From assembly GCF_006345805.1 (NCBI RefSeq), contig NC_043004.1:32302001-32366000 (forward strand): 64,000 nucleotides of DNA. Direction: 5' to 3'. Of the stretch, positions 24,050-38,184 are shown one piece after another. Under the pieces are notes generated by a model. The model was not told the DNA's origin and searched no databases. It worked only from the letters and a program-made list of their open reading frames with translations. A program made the position numbers and the translations under genes. Every line of letters begins with the position of its first letter. Within the stretch, counting starts at the first letter, position 1. This DNA is from Octopus sinensis (Eukaryota).

Positions 24050-25020
24050 AAAAAAATATCTTAGCAATATCATTTGTGCAACTTATATAAGGTTATCTGA
24101 GAAGAATACTAATGTTATTAAAAAACATTCCTAATTCCCCAAAATGTAAATGAGCTATTAGAATTTGTTTTGAAAGTCAGATTTTGCATATTCATTAAAA
24201 GTATGGCAAATCTCATGTTACCTTTGTATAATTTAACCAAAAATGGAGTAGTATTTGAATGGTCAAATGATTGTCAATGAAATTTCAATGAGTTGTGATA
24301 AGTTATTGAGGTTCAGAACTTACTCTTTACAATGAAAACTTGTCACTAATTTTGGCTGCAGATGTGTCTCCAGTTGGTGTTGGAATGATTCAATGACATC
24401 ATGAAAATGGAGTAGAACATCTATTGGTTCATGCATCAAAAACATTGAATGTATGTCAGCAGTGATACATGCAAATAGATAAAGTGAGATTATTAATCAT
24501 ATTTGGTTTTCATAAATTCAATTAATTCCTGTATGGATGGCATTTTGATTTACTCACCAATCACAAACCATTAATACACATACTCACATTAGATAAATAA
24601 AAATATATCATTTTAGCATTTAATCCAGCCATAAATATCTCAAATAGTCTATCTATTTAATGCTCAAACTGACCAGATCCAGCCTCTCACACTTATCCTA
24701 CAATACCATGCTAAAAATAAACAGTCACATCGTTGAAATCTCAAAGCTATGAGATAATGTATAAGTAATTCAAAATAATGTGAATAAATAAGCATTATAT
24801 TTGACAGATTAATCTGAATGCTAAAAGAGTGAAGTATCAATGACTGCAGTTCAGGACTATGTTACTGGCATCTTGCAAGCATACAATATGAAATAAGGAT
24901 TTGAAGTAATACAATAAGCCTGATGCCTTATCAAGACTACTAATCAAACCTGGTTATGATTTTGATGCAAGTCATGAAAAGTATATCTTATCTGGATTTG
25001 AAATACATCAAATAATTAAA
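24050..25020 (+). mobile_element. Gypsy/Ty3 pol relic (RT linker-RNase H)
   Basis: VVFEWSNDCQ, LILAADVSPVGVG, HASKTL, FLYGWHFDLLTNHKPL, with stops. Confidence 0.8.
24611..24830. mobile_element. MITE interrupting the Gypsy relic
   Basis: Short inverted ends TTTTAGCATT / AATGCTAAAA. Confidence 0.5.
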
Positions 25021-25069
25021 CGTAGAGTGGATTTGGTAAATGTATGTGTGTGTATGTATATATATATAA

Positions 25070-25300
25070 GGCGGCAAGCTGGCAGAAACATTAGCACGCC
25101 GGGCAAAATGCGTTGCCGTATTTCATCTGCCGTTACGTTCTGAGTTCAAATTCCGCCGAGGTCGACTTTGCCTTTCATCCTTCTGGGGTCGATTAATTAA
25201 GTACCAGTTACCCACTGGGGTCGATGTAATCGACTTAATCCCTTTGTCTGTCCTTGTTTGTCTCCTCTGTGTTTAGCCCCTTGTGGGTAGTAAAGAAATA
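25070..25300 (+). mobile_element. Full-length tRNA-headed SINE
   Basis: GGCGGCAAGCTGGCAGAA head, GAGTTCAAATTCC B-box, CpG-rich; inverse copy at 57221-57440. Confidence 0.85.
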
Positions 25301-25326
25301 TATGTGTGTGTGTGCGTGTATAATTA

Positions 25327-25545
25327 AAGGGGTACTGAAAAGTTCCTGGTTTTAAGGGTATTGTGAAAGATCTGGTTGGAGGCCCAGCCTTCAAGAGTTC
25401 TTTTATCAGACTTAGAAAAACTGAAGAACCACTGCAATAAGTGTGTGAATCTGTGAGGGGAATATTTTGAGTAAAATCATAATTAAACTGATCCTCCTGT
25501 ATTTTCATTTACCCAAAGCCAGAAACTTTTCACACACCCCCTTGT
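25327..25545. mobile_element. Mariner-derived MITE
   Basis: AAGGGGTACTGAAAAGTTCCTGG / CCAGAAACTTTTCACACACCCCCTTG-TA ends. Confidence 0.6.
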
Positions 25546-26119
25546 ATGTGTGTGCGTGTCTGTCCTCATAACTTAGCAGCTTGGCAAAGGAGACTGATAA
25601 AATAAGTACCTGGCTTTAAAAATAGTATTGGAATCAGTTCATTCAACTAAAAAAATCTTCAAGGCAGTGCCCCAGCATGGTTGCAGTTTAATGATTTAAC
25701 CAAGTAAAAGATAATTCCAACATCTTTTTTTTTCTTTTAACTCTTTTGTGAGTCTACTCCAACAAGAATATTCTGGCCATTATGGTTCAGTTAATTTTCA
25801 AAATAAAAACAGAAATTGGGGGATCTTACATAATATAACTGCAACTTTGTATATGTTGTAACATATTAAGATAAAGCAGTGAGCTGGCAGATTCATTACC
25901 ATGTTCAGTGAAATGCTTAGCTCTTTACAGTCTGAGTTCAAATTCCATGGAAGCCAACTTTCATCCCTTCAGGGTTGATAAAATAAAGTACCAAGTATTG
26001 GGGTTGATGTAATTATATCTAATCAGGCTATGTTTAGGTTACTCCTGTTATACCGCAAACATAATACAACAGGGTTGTTTGGAACCCAATTGCCCCTCCT
26101 CTCAAAATTACTGCTTGAG

Positions 26120-26495
26120 GAGACCTATTGAGTCAAGTCCATCAACATAAAAAAATCAAATGGAAATTGTAGTTGTGATACCTGTGCCAGTGGCACGTAA
26201 AAAGCACCATCCGAACATGACCGATGCCAGCGCCACCTTGACTGGCTTCCATGCCGGTGGCACGTAAAAAGCACCAACCGATCGTGGCCATTGCCAGCGC
26301 CCCCTGGCTCCTGTGTCGATGGCACGTAAAAAGCACCCACTACACTCACGGAGTGGTTGGTGTTAGGAAGGGCATCTTGCTGTAGAAACACTGCCAGATC
26401 AGACTGGAGCCTGTGAAGTCTCCTGGTTTCCCAGACCCCGGTCGAACTGTCCAACACATGCTAGCATGGAAAACAGACATTAAACGATGATGATG
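26120..26495 (+). mobile_element. RTE 3' UTR fragment with three modules
   Basis: GGCACGTAAAAAGCACC x3, then GGTTGGTGTTAGGAAGGGCATC and a (GAT)n tail. Confidence 0.8.
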
Positions 26496-26884
26496 AACCT
26501 TACAACAGACTGGTGCCCTGTTCAGAATGTTGTGATCTCAGTTATTTAGACCTCATGGAAACTGGGTAACTGGCCTTATGAGGCTCGTGGAAAAAATTGT
26601 TAACCCTCTTAGACCTGGACCCTTGTATCTAACTTCACCTGAGCAAAAAAAATTAATAATTGCTCACACTGGACACCTGAGCAAAAAAATTCATGATTGC
26701 ATACACTGCTCAAGAGTAACGGTTATAGTCAAACAAATGGACAGATTCACAAAAAAATTCAGGAGTATAACAATAATAGGCTTATCTCTCAACAACCATA
26801 TTTATTCACCCGAATCATTACTTTCCTCATCTCTGTCATCAGTTTGATTGTTTGAATCACTCTCATTGAATAAAGAATAAATAG

Positions 26885-27541
26885 TCCGTTCGTGGCCGTT
26901 TGCCAGCTCTGTCTGGCCCCGTGTCGGTGGCACGTAAAAGCACCATCTGTTCGTGGCCGTTTGCCAGCTCTGTCTGGCCCCGTGTCGGTGGCACGTAAAA
27001 GCACCATCCGTTCGTGTCCGTTGCCAGCCTCAGCTGGCCCCCGTGCCGGTGACACGTAAAAGCACCGTCCACTCGTGGCCGTTTGCCAGCTCTGTCTGGC
27101 AACCGTGTCGGTGGCACGTAAAAGCACCATCCGTTCGCGTCCGTTGCCAGCCTCGGCTGGCCCCCGTGCCGGTGACACGTAAAAGCACCGTCCGTTCGTG
27201 GCCGTTTGCCAGCTCTGTCTGGCCCCGTGTCGGTGGCACGTAAAAGCACCATCCGTTCATGTCCGTTGCCAGCATCGCCTGGCCCCGTGCCGGTGACACG
27301 TAAAAGCACCATCCGTTCGTGGCCGTTCGCCAGCTCTGTCTGGCACCTGTGCAGGTGGCACGTAAAAAACACCCACTACACTCGCGGAGTGGTTGGCGTT
27401 AGGAAGGGCATCCAGCCGTAGAAACACTGCCAGATCTGACTGGGCCTGACGAAGCCTTCCAGCTTCACAGACCCCAGTTGACCCGTCCAACCCATGCTAG
27501 CATGGAAAGCGGACGCTAAACGATGATGATGATGATGATGA
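26885..27541 (+). mobile_element. RTE 3' UTR with an expanded array of eight ~61-bp modules (26885-27374)
   Basis: Units start at about 26885, 26946, 27007, 27068, 27130, 27191, 27252 and 27312, followed by the standard RTE terminus and (GAT)n. Confidence 0.9.
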
Positions 27542-27631
27542 TTGATGGAATGCTGGTTACTACTAAAAAAGTTGAATCAGCCATGACGTCTGATATCAAA
27601 ATTATTGAAAATAAACAATTGAAGATAAACA

Positions 27632-27804
27632 TAGGCATAGGAGTGGCTGTGTGGTAAGTAGCTTACTTACCAACCACATGGCTCCGGGTTCAGTCTCACT
27701 GCGTGACATCTTGGGCAAGTGTCTTCTACTATAGCCTCGGGCAGACAAAAGCCTTGTGAGTGGATTTGGTAGACGGAAACTGAAAGAAGCGTGTTGTATA
27801 TATG

Positions 27805-27846
<42 letters not shown>

Positions 27847-28048
27847 TGTGTCTGTGTTTGTCCCCCCCAGCATCACTTGACAACTGATGCTGGTGTGTTT
27901 ACGTCCCCGTAACTTAGCAGTTTGGCAAAAAGAAACCAATAGAATAAGTACTAGGCTTGCAAAGAATAAGTCCTGGGGTTGATTTGCTCGATTAAAGGCA
28001 GTGCTCCAGCATGGCCACAGTCAAATGACTGAAACAAGTAAAAGAGTA
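27632..28048 (+). mobile_element. Full-length tRNA-headed SINE with internal TA/TG microsatellite
   Basis: GGAGTGGCTGTGTGGTAAGTAGC head, GGGTTCAGTC B-box, ...GACTGAAACAAGTAAAAGAGTA tail. Confidence 0.85.
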
Positions 28049-29114
28049 ATTAATCAATAAAGGGATGAGCAGAAAAACTAAATATTGAAGACAAAAAAAA
28101 ATATAAGAGAATAATGACAAAATACATTAACTAAGTGCATGTACATTATACACAATACATTATCAAAGAACATCTTGGAAATTTTCAAGATTCATCATGA
28201 TAGAAATTTTCTATACATTTTCATGGAAATTGTATGAGAATAATTATTCCTAAAACATTACAAATTAGAATTTTGACCTAATAGTATGTGGTCAGTATGA
28301 CTTGCATTAAATATGAAACATTGTAACATGTTTTAAACTGTGGAACACAGTCACCTGGGGCCTGAATAAAACAAAAGATACAGAAACTGGTCAAAAATAT
28401 AGAGGTTAGCATAGATTGGATATGACAATCATGTCCAGCTTATCAATCAATTATTAATGAACCTGATGATAGTGGTGATGCTAGTGATGGGGTGCTAGTG
28501 GTAGTGGTATATATAACACACTGCCTAAATACCAATCTTGAGAAATTAGGCTTCTCAAAACCAGAAAGGAGAAAGCTAATTTGAAGACTACAGATCCAGT
28601 TCATCTCTGGAACTGTAAAAATCTGGGTGTCACTGTCATTATCCAGTCTTTCGGCTTTGTTGCCATTTTATAGAATGTGATCCAAAGGAGATTTGGTTGT
28701 TATTTTCTAGGAGGTAGGGGTGGGGGGGTGGGGTGGAGAGGCAATCTATGCAGATGTTTCCTCATTGGCTCATTCACTGTCTTAGAAGAAGATTGGTTGT
28801 CAGAAAATCTGAGTGGTCAGTCACCTGCAAGGTAAATGATAATCTGTGTCTGTTAACATTGTCTCTTTCCTTCTCGAGACTGTAAAGATAAACTGCCATA
28901 ACAGGCACAATATGTTTATTAACACAGCCTAAATAAATAAACAAATGCAGATATCTTCAGTCAATAACCTTAACTGTTGTAAGTCAGAGGTAGAGGAGAA
29001 GGAGGAGAGTCAACTCGTATTTATTGTACCTTGTTTTAGTTTCCATTCCCTCCATTGATAAAATTTTTTTCTCAAAAAAAAAAAAGATTATCCTACATTA
29101 GTTATATATATATA

Positions 29115-29750
29115 CTAGCAGTATCGCCCGGCGTTGCTCGGGTTTGTAAGGGAAATAACTATATAAGCATTTTTAGAGAGTTATAGCCAAAAAATAGCAA
29201 AAAATGCATTAAAAATGGAAAAAATATGATGGTAAATTTTTTTTTAAATCGTTGACTCATCGTAGACATTTTTAGAGAGTTACTTCCCTTATATAATAGC
29301 GAAAAAATGCATTAAAATGGAAAAAAAACGATGGTAAATTTTTTTTTAAATCGTAGACTCATGTAGACGCTTTCTTAGCCATTTCTGTTTTGGTGTCTTC
29401 AAGCCATGAAGTCGTTGTTCTAAAAGAACACTGGTCTCCTTGACAACGCATTACGACGTTGATTTCCTTACACTCCCTTCCCCACAGGTGCAGGTGTGAG
29501 CGTGGACGCCAACTCCGCCGCCATCGACACACGAAAAATTATGCATTAAAATGGAATAAAAAATGATGTTAAATTATTTTAAAATCGTAGACTCATCGTA
29601 GACGCGCGCTAATATTCAGACGGGCTCGATATGAATCACGACTATAAGCTACTCGAATTTGGTTAAACTGTACCGCAAAATGTGGGAGTAGTTAGGAATC
29701 TAAATCGAAGGGGACAGACACTCACACAACTACAGTTTTATATATATAGA
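29115..29750 (-). mobile_element. Complete non-autonomous Helitron
   Basis: Minus strand starts TC(TATATATATAAAA), ends with hairpin CCCGAGCAACGCCGGG then CTAG; inserted between A and T; internal ~100-bp repeats. Confidence 0.9.
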
Positions 29751-29759
29751 TATACATAG

Positions 29760-30180
29760 CGCAGTAGTGGTGAGATATGACAGCAAAGAAAAGCATACAT
29801 TCACTCTCTGCATGCAATTAGACTCGGAAAGTTCGTGAGGAACCCATTGACCCAATTTGCTGACTTTTCCGATAGCACACAGGTGTCAATGAATGGTTGA
29901 ATGACCAAATCCAAGCTTCTCTGCTAGTTCCTCAACAGTTACGATGATATTTTGTTCCACCAGGGTTTTCAGGATGTCCTTGTCGAGTTCTACAGATCTT
30001 CAGGATGAGGCTCGTCTTCTAGGCTGTAGTTTATGGCTCGGGATTTCTGGAACCACCATTGACACTGCCTTACGCTTATTGTCCAATCCCCATATACTGC
30101 ATTAATATTTCTTGTACTTTGCACACATTTATATTCTGTTATTCTTTTATATGTTTCAGCCTTGAGGTTGTGGCCATGCT
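29760..30180 (-). mobile_element. Mariner transposase N-terminal relic
   Basis: STRNINAVYGDWTISVRQCQWWFQK...SLEDEPH and WVPHELSE; same family as 46678-47883. Confidence 0.8.
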
Positions 30181-30979
30181 GGATCATGTGTGTGTGTGTG
30201 TGTCTATCTGTCTGTCTGTCTGTATGTATATATGTATATGTATGTGTGTGAACAATAATATTTTCAACAGATGTGTTGCAAATGTATCTGATTGTTCTCA
30301 AGCTTCAATACTGTGTGTGTGTGTATGTGTGTGTGTATGTATGTATGTATATGTATGTATGTATGTATATGTATGTATGTATGTATGTGTGTATGTATGT
30401 ATGTGTGTGTGTATGTATGTGTGTGTGTATGTGTGTGTGTGTATGTATGTATGTATGTATGTATGTATGTATGTATGTATGTATGTATGAGTGTATGTTT
30501 ACTTTATTACTAATTACTCTCTTCCGAGAACATTTTCACTCATTCTTAGCTCTTAGCTTCCCATACATTTTACTCATGTATCTATCAGCGTCATAGACAG
30601 AATACTTTCACTTTAGTCTTCCTCAAATCACTCTGTCGCTATTTACTTTCATTTTATTCGTCGCCCACTGTGTGTGTGCGTTTGCGTGTGGTGTAAACCA
30701 GACTAAGAAAAGCATTTGACACACACACCAGAATGTGAGTTTTCTGTAAATTTTGCTTAATTGGAGTTTAAATTTTAAAAACTGGACCTGGCATGACGCG
30801 ATGCATTGTACTCTTAAAACTGCTAGGTAAATTGTAATTGAAGAAATCCTATATTGTAGATTTGTATAACTCCCAAAGGGAGGCAGATAAAATCTGCCTT
30901 TTATAATAAGAGATATATATATATATATGTATATATATATGTTTGTATGTGTGTGTGTGTATATATATATATATATGAT

Positions 30980-32150
30980 AGCTTCCGTTATCTTGATAGC
31001 TTCTGTTATCTTGGTGACCAAGTCAGTAGTGGGGGTGGGTGTGCTGAAAGTGTAATGCCTGGGCAAAGTTTAGGGAGCTCTTACCTCTGCTGGTGACTAA
31101 AGGCCTCTCGCTCAGAGTAAAAGGCAGACTGTATGACGCGTGTGTACGAACAGCCATGCTACATGGCAGTGAAACATGGGCCGTGACTGCTGAGGACATG
31201 CGTAAGCTCATGAGAAATGAAGCCAGTATGCTCCGATGGATGTGTAATGTCAGTGTGCATGCTCAACAGAGCGTTAGTACCCTGAGAGAAATGTTGAACC
31301 TAAGGAACATCAGTTGTGGTGTGCATGAGAGACGATTGCGCTGGTATGGTCATGTGGCGAGAATGGATGAAGATAGGTGTGTGAAAAAGTGCCAATCCCT
31401 AGCAGTGGAGGGAACCCGTGGAAGAGGTAGACCCAGGAAAACTTGGGACGAGGTGGTGAAGCACGACCTTCGAACTTTAGGTCTCACTGAGGAAATGACC
31501 TGCGACCGAGACCTTTGGAAATATGCTGTGCGTGAAAAGACCAGGCAGGACAAGTGAGCCCAGCCCACTTATGCATGCCTTTTCTTCCTTGGACACAAAG
31601 ACCTGTTGAGGCAAGCGAAGTCGATATCGAACCTCATCCGACGACAGGCACCTATGCCAACCCCCGTTTGCTTGCGAAGACCTGTTGGGGCAGGTGAAAT
31701 CGAAATCGGAATCGAAATTGAACCAATCCTATGACTGGCACCCAGCAGATGCCAGGACCCCTGGACTGGAGATACATAAAAAGCACCATCCGAATCATGG
31801 CCGATGCCAGCGCTGCCTTGACTGGCACGTAAAAAGCACCATCCGAATTGTGGCACCATCCAAATTGTGGCCAAAGCCAGTGCCGCCTCGACTGGCTTCC
31901 GTGCAGGTGGCACATAAAATGCACCAATCCGACCATGGCCGATGCCAGCCTCGCCTGGCTCCAGTGCAGGTGGCACGTAAAAAGCACCCACTACACTCAC
32001 GGAGTGGTTGGCGTTAGGAAGGGCATCCAGCTGTAGAAACATTGCCAGATAAGACCGGAGCCTGGTGCAGCCTTCTGGCTTCCCAGATCCCTGGTCGAAC
32101 CGTCCAGCCCATGCTAGCATGGAGAACGGACGTTAAACGATGATGATGAT
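30980..32150 (+). mobile_element. RTE LINE 3' portion with an open ORF end (31093-31557) and modular 3' UTR
   Basis: KGRLYDACVRTAMLHGSETW...RRLRWYGHVARM...RGRPRKTW; (GAT)n tail. Confidence 0.92.
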
Positions 32151-32395
32151 ATATATATAATATATATATAAATTAGAGAAAAACCACTATTATGTAATTC
32201 GAACAATGATTGACATAAACCAAATCATAAAGAAAAAATAAAATATATTATAAAACATATAACTAGATCACAAAAATTACAAAAAAATGAATAAACATAT
32301 ATAATAAGTAAAAAGTCTACGTACGTTTCATGGCCATAATTTCAATTTGAATTACAATTAAATTCAAATTTAATCAAAAAACAATTCAATATATT

Positions 32396-32443
<48 letters not shown>

Positions 32444-33136
32444 GGTGGTGATGGTGGTGGTAGTGGCAGTGGTGGTTGTGGTGGTGGTAGCTGTGACTGT
32501 GGTAGTTTGCATGGCTGATCAAGTGAAGATCCGTATCAGGTACAAACATCAAGGCAAAGAGTGGGTGGGTGTTGAGGGGATGGTAATATTCAGTTGTTGC
32601 TGTTGTTACTGTCATTCGGGGGGAAACAATAACAACATCTGTTATTACATAATAATTGTCACGCCCCCTGAAATATCTTCGATTTATACACTAGATATCA
32701 GCTTACAACTTTAAGTACTGGCTAAGTACTTTATAACTTATATAAATAACTACCAGCAACTGCAATTTTATCAGAGCAGCTATAAGTATACATTGACATC
32801 ACTTATCTTTATTCTTCTACACATTATATATATACTTATATATACACACATACATATATACAGAATTTCTTTTCCTTTTTGTTTATCATCCCAAAAGCAA
32901 TTTCTAAAGGAAATGTTTAAATTTATTGCAATAATTTTGCTCTTTGGCGTATTATCTTCAGCAAGAATTATTTCAAAACGTAAGTAGGCTTTTCCAACTG
33001 TCAATTTTTTTCAATTCTTTATGTTTATTTTTTTTTTCCATTCCATTTTAGTATAAATTGGGATTAAAATGACTGGATCAGAATGGATCAAGAATTGCTT
33101 TTACAGAGACTTTTGCTTTTTTCAGTACATTGTTAA

Positions 33137-34027
<891 letters not shown>

Positions 34028-34764
34028 TTAATGTAATTGTTATTCTTGTTGTTTAACTCCAAGTTAGTTCTAATGGGTCAGTTTATTGGTCAAAAGCATT
34101 CCATGAATGACCACCCCATATTTTTTTAATATTTTTAAGCATAGTACATGTTACAGAATGTTCTTTTAAAAATGGAAGAGTATGATTTGAGGGTTATTTG
34201 GCTGTTATTTCTAGCAGACCCAGCAAAATGTAGAGGCTCCCTTGTAAGCAATTGTTATTTAGCCCTTGGTAAAACTGATCAAGCAGACCTATGATCAGCA
34301 GTATTTAACCTATAATGATTGCAATACTTGGAGGAATGTCTTAGACTGTATTATTTAAATTATCCTTCTCATTTTCAAGGCATGATTCCTGGTTGCTATT
34401 TCTAACAGCTTTATTGATCATGTTTAGGTTCCAGCTTAATAATTAGTACAGCTAATTGCCTCTTCCTACTGATATCTTCTCAACATGAATCACCAGAAAT
34501 AAAATAGTTATAAGTTACGAATGTCACCATTCATTTCTCCAAAATACAAGTAATTCTAACAATGGTAACAGATCACATTCCTGAGCACTGTACACAATTA
34601 TTATTATTATAATGATATCTACAATAATGTCCTGTAAGAGTCATTATAGTCAGTATAAAAACATGCACACAAACATGAATGCATGAGTGTGTGCGCATAA
34701 ATACATATACTTATAAATGCACACCCATATATATGTGTGTGTATGTGTATATATATATATATGA

Positions 34765-34950
34765 TAGATCGTTAGCTCCTACATGCATTTTTTCTCTCCT
34801 TGTTTTTTCTGTGTATTTTTCTGTTGAAGAGCGTAGGCTCGAAACATAAAAGATTTGTTCTATTTCTATTCCTGAGCGCTATACTAATACATTTGTTTGT
34901 TTGTACTCCACCTGCCTTCATCTTTTGTTTATTTTCATAAACCTTCCCAT
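34765..34950 (+). mobile_element. Short TA-flanked element with a minimal HHR-like core (related minus copy at about 12105-12260)
   Basis: TTGAAGA-GCGTAGGCTC-GAAAC-ATA at 34824-34848. Confidence 0.45.
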
Positions 34951-34972
<22 letters not shown>

Positions 34973-34982
<10 letters not shown>

Positions 34983-35236
34983 TTTTTTAATAATATATTA
35001 TTATTATTAATTTAAGGAAATCAATATCGAATTTTTCACAAAGATATACCCATATGAAAGACTTTATGTATTAAAAATATATATAAATAAATAAATAAAT
35101 ATTAAAAATATAATATGATGTATAAAATAAATTTGAAAGTTTAAAAGTCTTTCATATGGGTATATCTTTGTGAAAAATTCGATATTGATTTCCTTATATT
35201 AATAATAATAATATATTATTAAAAAATATATGTATA
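34973..35236. repeat. Near-perfect inverted repeat, ~93-bp arms with a 78-bp spacer
   Basis: 34973-35065 is the reverse complement of 35144-35236; I see one mismatch. Confidence 0.9.
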
Positions 35237-35358
35237 TTGCTCATATTAAATATATAAATACTTTAATAGTATTAATATTATTTTATACAATGGAGCACTA
35301 TTCAGTATATTCAGTATATTCAGTATATAATATTCTCATTGAATATATTTGCCTAATG

Positions 35359-35403
<45 letters not shown>

Positions 35404-35422
35404 TATGCATAAAATACATATA

Positions 35423-36090
35423 CAGTAATTCCTCAACTATCACCTTATCTACCGCAGAGTGGTGGATTTCATCAGGAGAGAATCCTTTGTAGTCGTAGAC
35501 TACTTCTGGCCACAATTTCTTCCAGCTGGCATTCAAAGTTTCATTCTTCATCACCTTTATGACTTTCTGAATATTTTGGAGACACATTGCAATGGTATAC
35601 CCATGCCAGTACTCCTTCAGTAAGAAGTTGTCATCTGGGTCGATAGCCTCGACCAGGTGTTGCAGGGAGTTTCACGTATAGTGCGCCTTAAAAGCACTTG
35701 GTCCATGGGCTGGATCAGTGATGTGATGTTCAGCAGTAAGAATTCGATCTGCATATTACCTCCAGCATTGTCCGTTAGGAAAAGCAAATTGAATTCTTAT
35801 CCTTTTTCAACAAAATAAAGCTTGACTTTGGGGATGAAGCACTGGTGCAACCAATCAGAGGTCAGTGGTTTTGTTATCCATGACTTCTGGATGCGCATCC
35901 AATACACTGGCAGCAGGTTCTTATTTTTGTTTTTGAGGGCCTTTGGGTTTTGGGACTTATAAATAAGCCTTGGCTTTATCACAAAACCCGCAGCATTTCC
36001 ACACATTATAACTGTGATGCAATCTTTGTACACCTCAAATTCATGGACTCTGGCCTCCTCCTTTGTAATGAAAGTCTGCGATGGCATCCA
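35423..36090 (-). mobile_element. Tigger/pogo DDE transposase relic with one TIR
   Basis: KDCITVIMCGNAAGF...KSWITKPLTSDWLHQCFIPKVK, LLNITSLIQPMDQ; TA|CAGTAATTCCTC end. Confidence 0.85.
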
Positions 36091-37490
36091 TTTCCTAAAG
36101 CAGCAAGAATAGCAACAAGCGTTGCAAAAACAACTACTTCAGTAACAAGAAAAACAACAACAGTTCATGGAAAGACGCCAAATGGAATTGGTCAAATAAC
36201 TGTCAAAAGGCATCTCAAGATATTAAAAAAATATTAATTTCAGATTTGTCACTGGCTCATTTCGAACCTGCAGCAAAAATTGTTGCAGCTTCTGACAATT
36301 CTGAATACAGCATAGGAGCAGTTTTGCTACACAAATATAAAGATGATAATATGAAGGCAGTGGTTCATGCTTCATGTGCTCTGATTGCAGCAGAAAAAAA
36401 CTACAGTCAGATAGAGAAAGAAGCTATAGCAAATATTTTTGCTGTGAAGAAATTTCACAGATTTCTCCATGGTAGAAGTTTTCGGCTTCAGACAGACAAC
36501 CAACCGTTACTATTAATTTTTGAATCGAAGAAAGGAATTCCTACCCATACAACTTACATATTACAACACTGGGGTTCAATATTGCTAAATTACAACTTTA
36601 AGATGGAGTACATTCCTTCTGAGAAAATTGGCCATGCGAATTGTTTATCTAGGCTAATTTTGAAGAATGTGAAACTGCTGGAAGATATGGTGATAGCTGC
36701 ATTACAATCAGAAAAGGAAATTAAAAATGTTATTTGTAATGTCATTCAGGAGTTGCCAGTGACTGTACAAGATATAAAAAGTAAATCTGCAGAGGACAAA
36801 TACATCATAAAAATGAAGGAAACCTTGAAAAATAAACAAAAGAGAATCTTGAATGTGAACCATTTTTCACTCCGCGATGATGTATTAATGTATGCACAAA
36901 GAGTGGTAGTACCAACTGCACTACAGAAACAGATGTCACATAAATTTCATAGTGGACATCCAGGGATGTCAAGAATGAAAGCTTTGATGAATAGTTACAT
37001 ATAATGGCTGGCAACAGACAAGGACATTGAAAATTCTGTAAAATCATGTAGATGTTGATCACTAGCAGACAAGGCACCACCTATGAAATACCAATCATGG
37101 CCTGAGATGGATAGTTTGTGGCCCAGGGTATATATAGACTACATTGGACCAGTGAATGGCATCTACTACTTGATCATTGTTGATAGCTTTACCAAGTGGC
37201 CAGATGTATGAAGGTGCAGTCAACCTACCACAAAGGCAACAATAAAGTTCCTGCATGAACTTTTTGCTCAATATGGTTTTCCGGACACCATAGCATCAGA
37301 CAATGGAACACAATTTACCAGATACGAGTTCAAGAAATTCTGCAAAACGCATGCAATCAAGCACATGCTTACCCCACTCTACCACCCGAAGTCAAATGTG
37401 TAAGTAGAATGATTCATAGATACTTTCAAGTGTGTGCTAAAAAAAGCAAGGAATGAGTAAGGAACTGATGAAGCACTCACCAAATTCTTA
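36090..37490 (+). mobile_element. Gypsy/Ty3 pol relic (RNase H to integrase core)
   Basis: AEKNYSQIEKEA, FHSGHPGMSRMK, LIIVDSFTKWP, IASDNGTQF, YHPKSN; several stops. Confidence 0.9.
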
Positions 37491-37957
37491 ATGGGCCATC
37501 AAACAAGCAAGCAAGCATGGTTGAGGGGAATATGCTTAAATTTGACTTCTCTTGTGGTAAGCTTACCTAAGGAAGGGAAAAGAATATATAATTCAAAGCC
37601 CCGAAGCCAGTATTAAGCTATCTGCCATTTCCTCTGTGACCTTCACAAAGATAGGACCCTAATTTTTATTCTTTTTCATTGCCCGATTTTTCACCATGCT
37701 TATTCATAAAGTGAGTTCTCTGTAGCTTCTGAGGTCATTTGACTTCTATCTCTAGCAAAACTGGTACTCTTCCAGTACCATTATATTTTTTAAACTTGCC
37801 TGAACAGTTCACGCTTTGAATAGCCACTAATATTATTAATTTTATTATTAATAATATACTTGTATATTTATTTTTATGTATGTATATATGTGTGTATGAG
37901 TGTGTGTTTGTGTGTGTGTGTATCTAGATGTATAATATGTATATATATGTATGTGTA

Positions 37958-37962
<5 letters not shown>

Positions 37963-37991
<29 letters not shown>

Positions 37992-38121
37992 CATACATAC
38001 ATACATACATACATACATACATACATACATACATACATGCATGCATGCATACATACATGCATGCATGCATGCATACATACATACATACATACATACATAC
38101 ATACATACATACATACATACA

Positions 38122-38150
<29 letters not shown>
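37963..38150. repeat. (CATA)n microsatellite
   Basis: Direct inspection; representative of many TA, CA, TATG and AAT arrays in the window. Confidence 0.95.
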
Positions 38151-38167
<17 letters not shown>

Positions 38168-38184
38168 AATAAATATACATACAG

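Noticed and set aside
26885-27374. CRISPR-like repeat-spacer array
   Set aside because: The spacers are themselves repeated (A/B types), there are no cas genes, the context is eukaryotic and the array is continuous with an RTE 3' end.
26885-27374. Pistol or HDV-like ribozyme in the module
   Set aside because: CGTG...CACG-TAAAA superficially recalls pistol P1, but I could not build the remaining helices or catalytic residues for either class.
36246-37004. Domesticated Gypsy gene (252-aa ORF)
   Set aside because: The surrounding pol has stops and frameshifts, conserved motifs are degraded and no LTRs or splice signals are evident.
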